Source: Basidiobolus meristosporus CBS 931.73
Lineage: Eukaryota > Fungi > Basidiobolomycota
Length of the DNA: 52,298 nucleotides
Assembly (NCBI GenBank): GCA_002104905.1
Contig: MCFE01000620.1
Location: forward strand, 1-52,298
Direction of reading: 5' to 3'
In this document: positions 50,386 through 52,298 of the stretch, one piece after another
How positions within the stretch are numbered: the stretch's first letter is position 1
Layout of the letters: the number at the start of each line of letters is the position of its first letter
Translations under genes and position numbers: made by a program
Notes under the pieces: generated by a model
What the model saw: the letters and a program-made list of their open reading frames with translations, nothing else
Database searches by the model: none
Told to the model about the DNA's origin: nothing

Positions 50386-50753
50386 TGTTATGGTCTGCTG
50401 CTTGAATGTTTAAGTTAGATCAGTTTTTAGTCAAATCAATTAGTTTAAGTTTAGGTTATCAGTATATCAAAATTATCCATGAAATCAGTAGCATTAGTCA
50501 GCAAATGAATCAGCAGATCCTTATCAGACAGAAATAGATATATTAAGCAGGATCTTATTGGGTGATGATGATGCAATCAAATGAGTCATCAGCCACAACC
50601 TACATTAGGAAATACAATTGGTCAGCAATTGATCTGGCAAAATGTATGTAAGGAGCTGCTGGAACCTCAATAAAAATCAGTTAAGGTTTTAGTGAATACA
50701 ATACTAGCTATACTCCCTATTCCTCTACAATTCTTATACCAAGACTTGTAACA
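50386..50753 (+). repeat. Solo LTR of the G3 family; probable 4-bp TSD CCCC/CCCT
   Basis: Direct homolog of 47571-47939, TGTTA..TAACA. Confidence 0.92.
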
Positions 50754-51680
50754 CCCTGATGGAGAACTCTTGGTTAAAGAGTGAGTACTACATTTAGTAC
50801 GCGCATAGTTGCCTTCCCAAATAGCCTCACAGACAGGTTTATGGGCCTTGTACCAGCTCTAGAGTCCAGAACTAAAGATTTGGCCCTAATTTGCATATGG
50901 AAGGTTTTGGGATGAACAAGTAAGAAAATCAAGCACCAATAAGAAGGAAGAAGAAAATGCCTTAATAAGCAATGATAACAAACTACAGAAGTACTCAAGA
51001 CCCTTTAGAGGCAGCAGCAACCTGTTGTGCAATTATTGAACACAGAAAGGACACACACTGGACCAGTGATTCAAAGTAATAGATAATCAGTAAAAGAAGC
51101 CTGAATATGGTTACACTGCAACAAGGGACCGTATGCTATTCATATTGGCACTGAATATGACCACACAAAAGGGTTCTCATATGTGGTACATGGACTCCAG
51201 ATCATTGCAACACCTCACACACCAATGAGAATATTTTATTCAATATCAAGAAATTTCAATTAAATAGGTTTTTGTGCATGAAAATGGAACACTAGATGCT
51301 GTGGGAGTAGGAGCTATCCAAGCAAACCTTAGAAGCAGTGAAGGAAGGCATACTCTCACCTTCAAAGAAGAGCTCCATGTACAAGTAATAGTTAAGAACC
51401 TTCAATCTGCAGCAAGGCCAATGCAGATAAACTCAGTTTCAGCATTGACATTTCTGGATGCATGATTACTGATTTATATAATGCTCATATTGCTTTGAGT
51501 ATCAGAGATCAGAATTTATACATGCTGACTTAAATTCCATCATATTTAGAAGCAAACAGATACAAGTTAAATGAAGAAACACCAAAGCTTTGGCACAGGA
51601 GATTTGGACACATCAATCTCATTGAATTGTAAAAAATAACTGAAGATCAGCTAATTTCTGGAGTTTAAATGGATCCAACA
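50754..51680 (+). mobile_element. Highly degenerate Copia family-1 fragment F (gag to pre-integrase)
   Basis: Aligns with 19770-20700; ORF 51274 ENGTLDAVGVGAIQANLRSSEG. Confidence 0.88.
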
Positions 51681-51691
51681 TATATGGGAAA

Positions 51692-52298
51692 TGTTGCAAT
51701 TTAAGAAGTGATTTGGATATAAGGAACTTATCAAGAAATAGTGATAATAGTTGAACTGTTGTTTATTCATAAAGAAGCTCAGTATTTATACCTTTGTAGA
51801 AGTAATACAGCTGCATCACTAAGTAGGGAGGGTTTCTCAATATTCAGGAGCATTCTGTAACAGTTTCAGGGTTAGTACATAATGTTTGGTAATAGTGCTA
51901 ATTTGATCCTGACTATAGGGGAATAATCATAAGATCATATATCTGGAGAAAGTGGCGAAGTAAAGGCAGTAAATGAGTCCTACAGTGACTAAGACTAGCC
52001 TAGAATTGTTAAGTAAATTTTTAGCTGCTGAATGATACCAAATAGTCCAATATTTCAACACTCCCCCTCAACTAAATAATTTCTTAATCCCAATTTCTCT
52101 CTAAGGATCTCAAACTGTGGCCTAGCTAGTGGTTTTGTCAATATGTCTGCCACCATTTTCTCAGTTGGGCAGTAAACCAGCTCTACTAAGTTATTTTCTA
52201 CAGCTTCCCTCACAAAGTGATGCTGTATATCAATGTGCTTAGTTCTGGCATGATTAGTAGGATTTCTAGCTAATGAAATACAACTTTGATTATCCTTG
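51692..52298 (-). mobile_element. Second Copia family: 3' LTR (51692-52060), PPT and RNase H end; runs off the window
   Basis: Minus strand ..RTKHIDIQHHFVREAV..MVADILTKPL, then PPT TGAGGGGGAG, then TGTTGAAAT..TTGCAACA. Confidence 0.9.

Noticed and set aside
1-52298. CRISPR arrays, rRNA, tRNA genes, prokaryotic operons
   Set aside because: I saw no spaced short-repeat array or structural RNA signature. The 12-nt tRNA match is a PBS, not a gene.

Overview
This window is a eukaryotic, very probably fungal, transposon graveyard. About 95% of the 52.3 kb is nested, degenerate transposable elements. I found no intact host gene, RNA gene or CRISPR array, and no element with an uninterrupted gag-pol or transposase frame. 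Contents: (i) at least six copies of one Ty1/Copia family (772-5267 +, 11682-16361 -, 19677-23302, 23303-26801, 26802-28069, 50754-51680), primed by a tRNAiMet half-molecule PBS, plus a second Copia family at the right edge and a Copia-like solo LTR; (ii) three Ty3/Gypsy families: a chromovirus (16362-19676, 30664-35666), a 369-bp-LTR family with 4-bp TSDs (42833-47939 plus two solo LTRs) and a family with an ~1.1-kb LTR (5681-8289); (iii) a CACTA/CMC DNA transposon family with CCCTA termini whose Tnp2 transposase is transcribed divergently from an unassigned ~580-codon accessory ORF (three large copies plus fragments, one nested in another with a 3-bp TSD); (iv) a 733-bp foldback element with ~346-bp arms; (v) a PIF/Harbinger-ISL2EU-like transposase relic. 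CpG is almost absent throughout. The best candidate for something undescribed is the divergent two-gene CCCTA element and its accessory protein. All boundaries, identities and counts were derived by eye with no database search, so novelty is untested.
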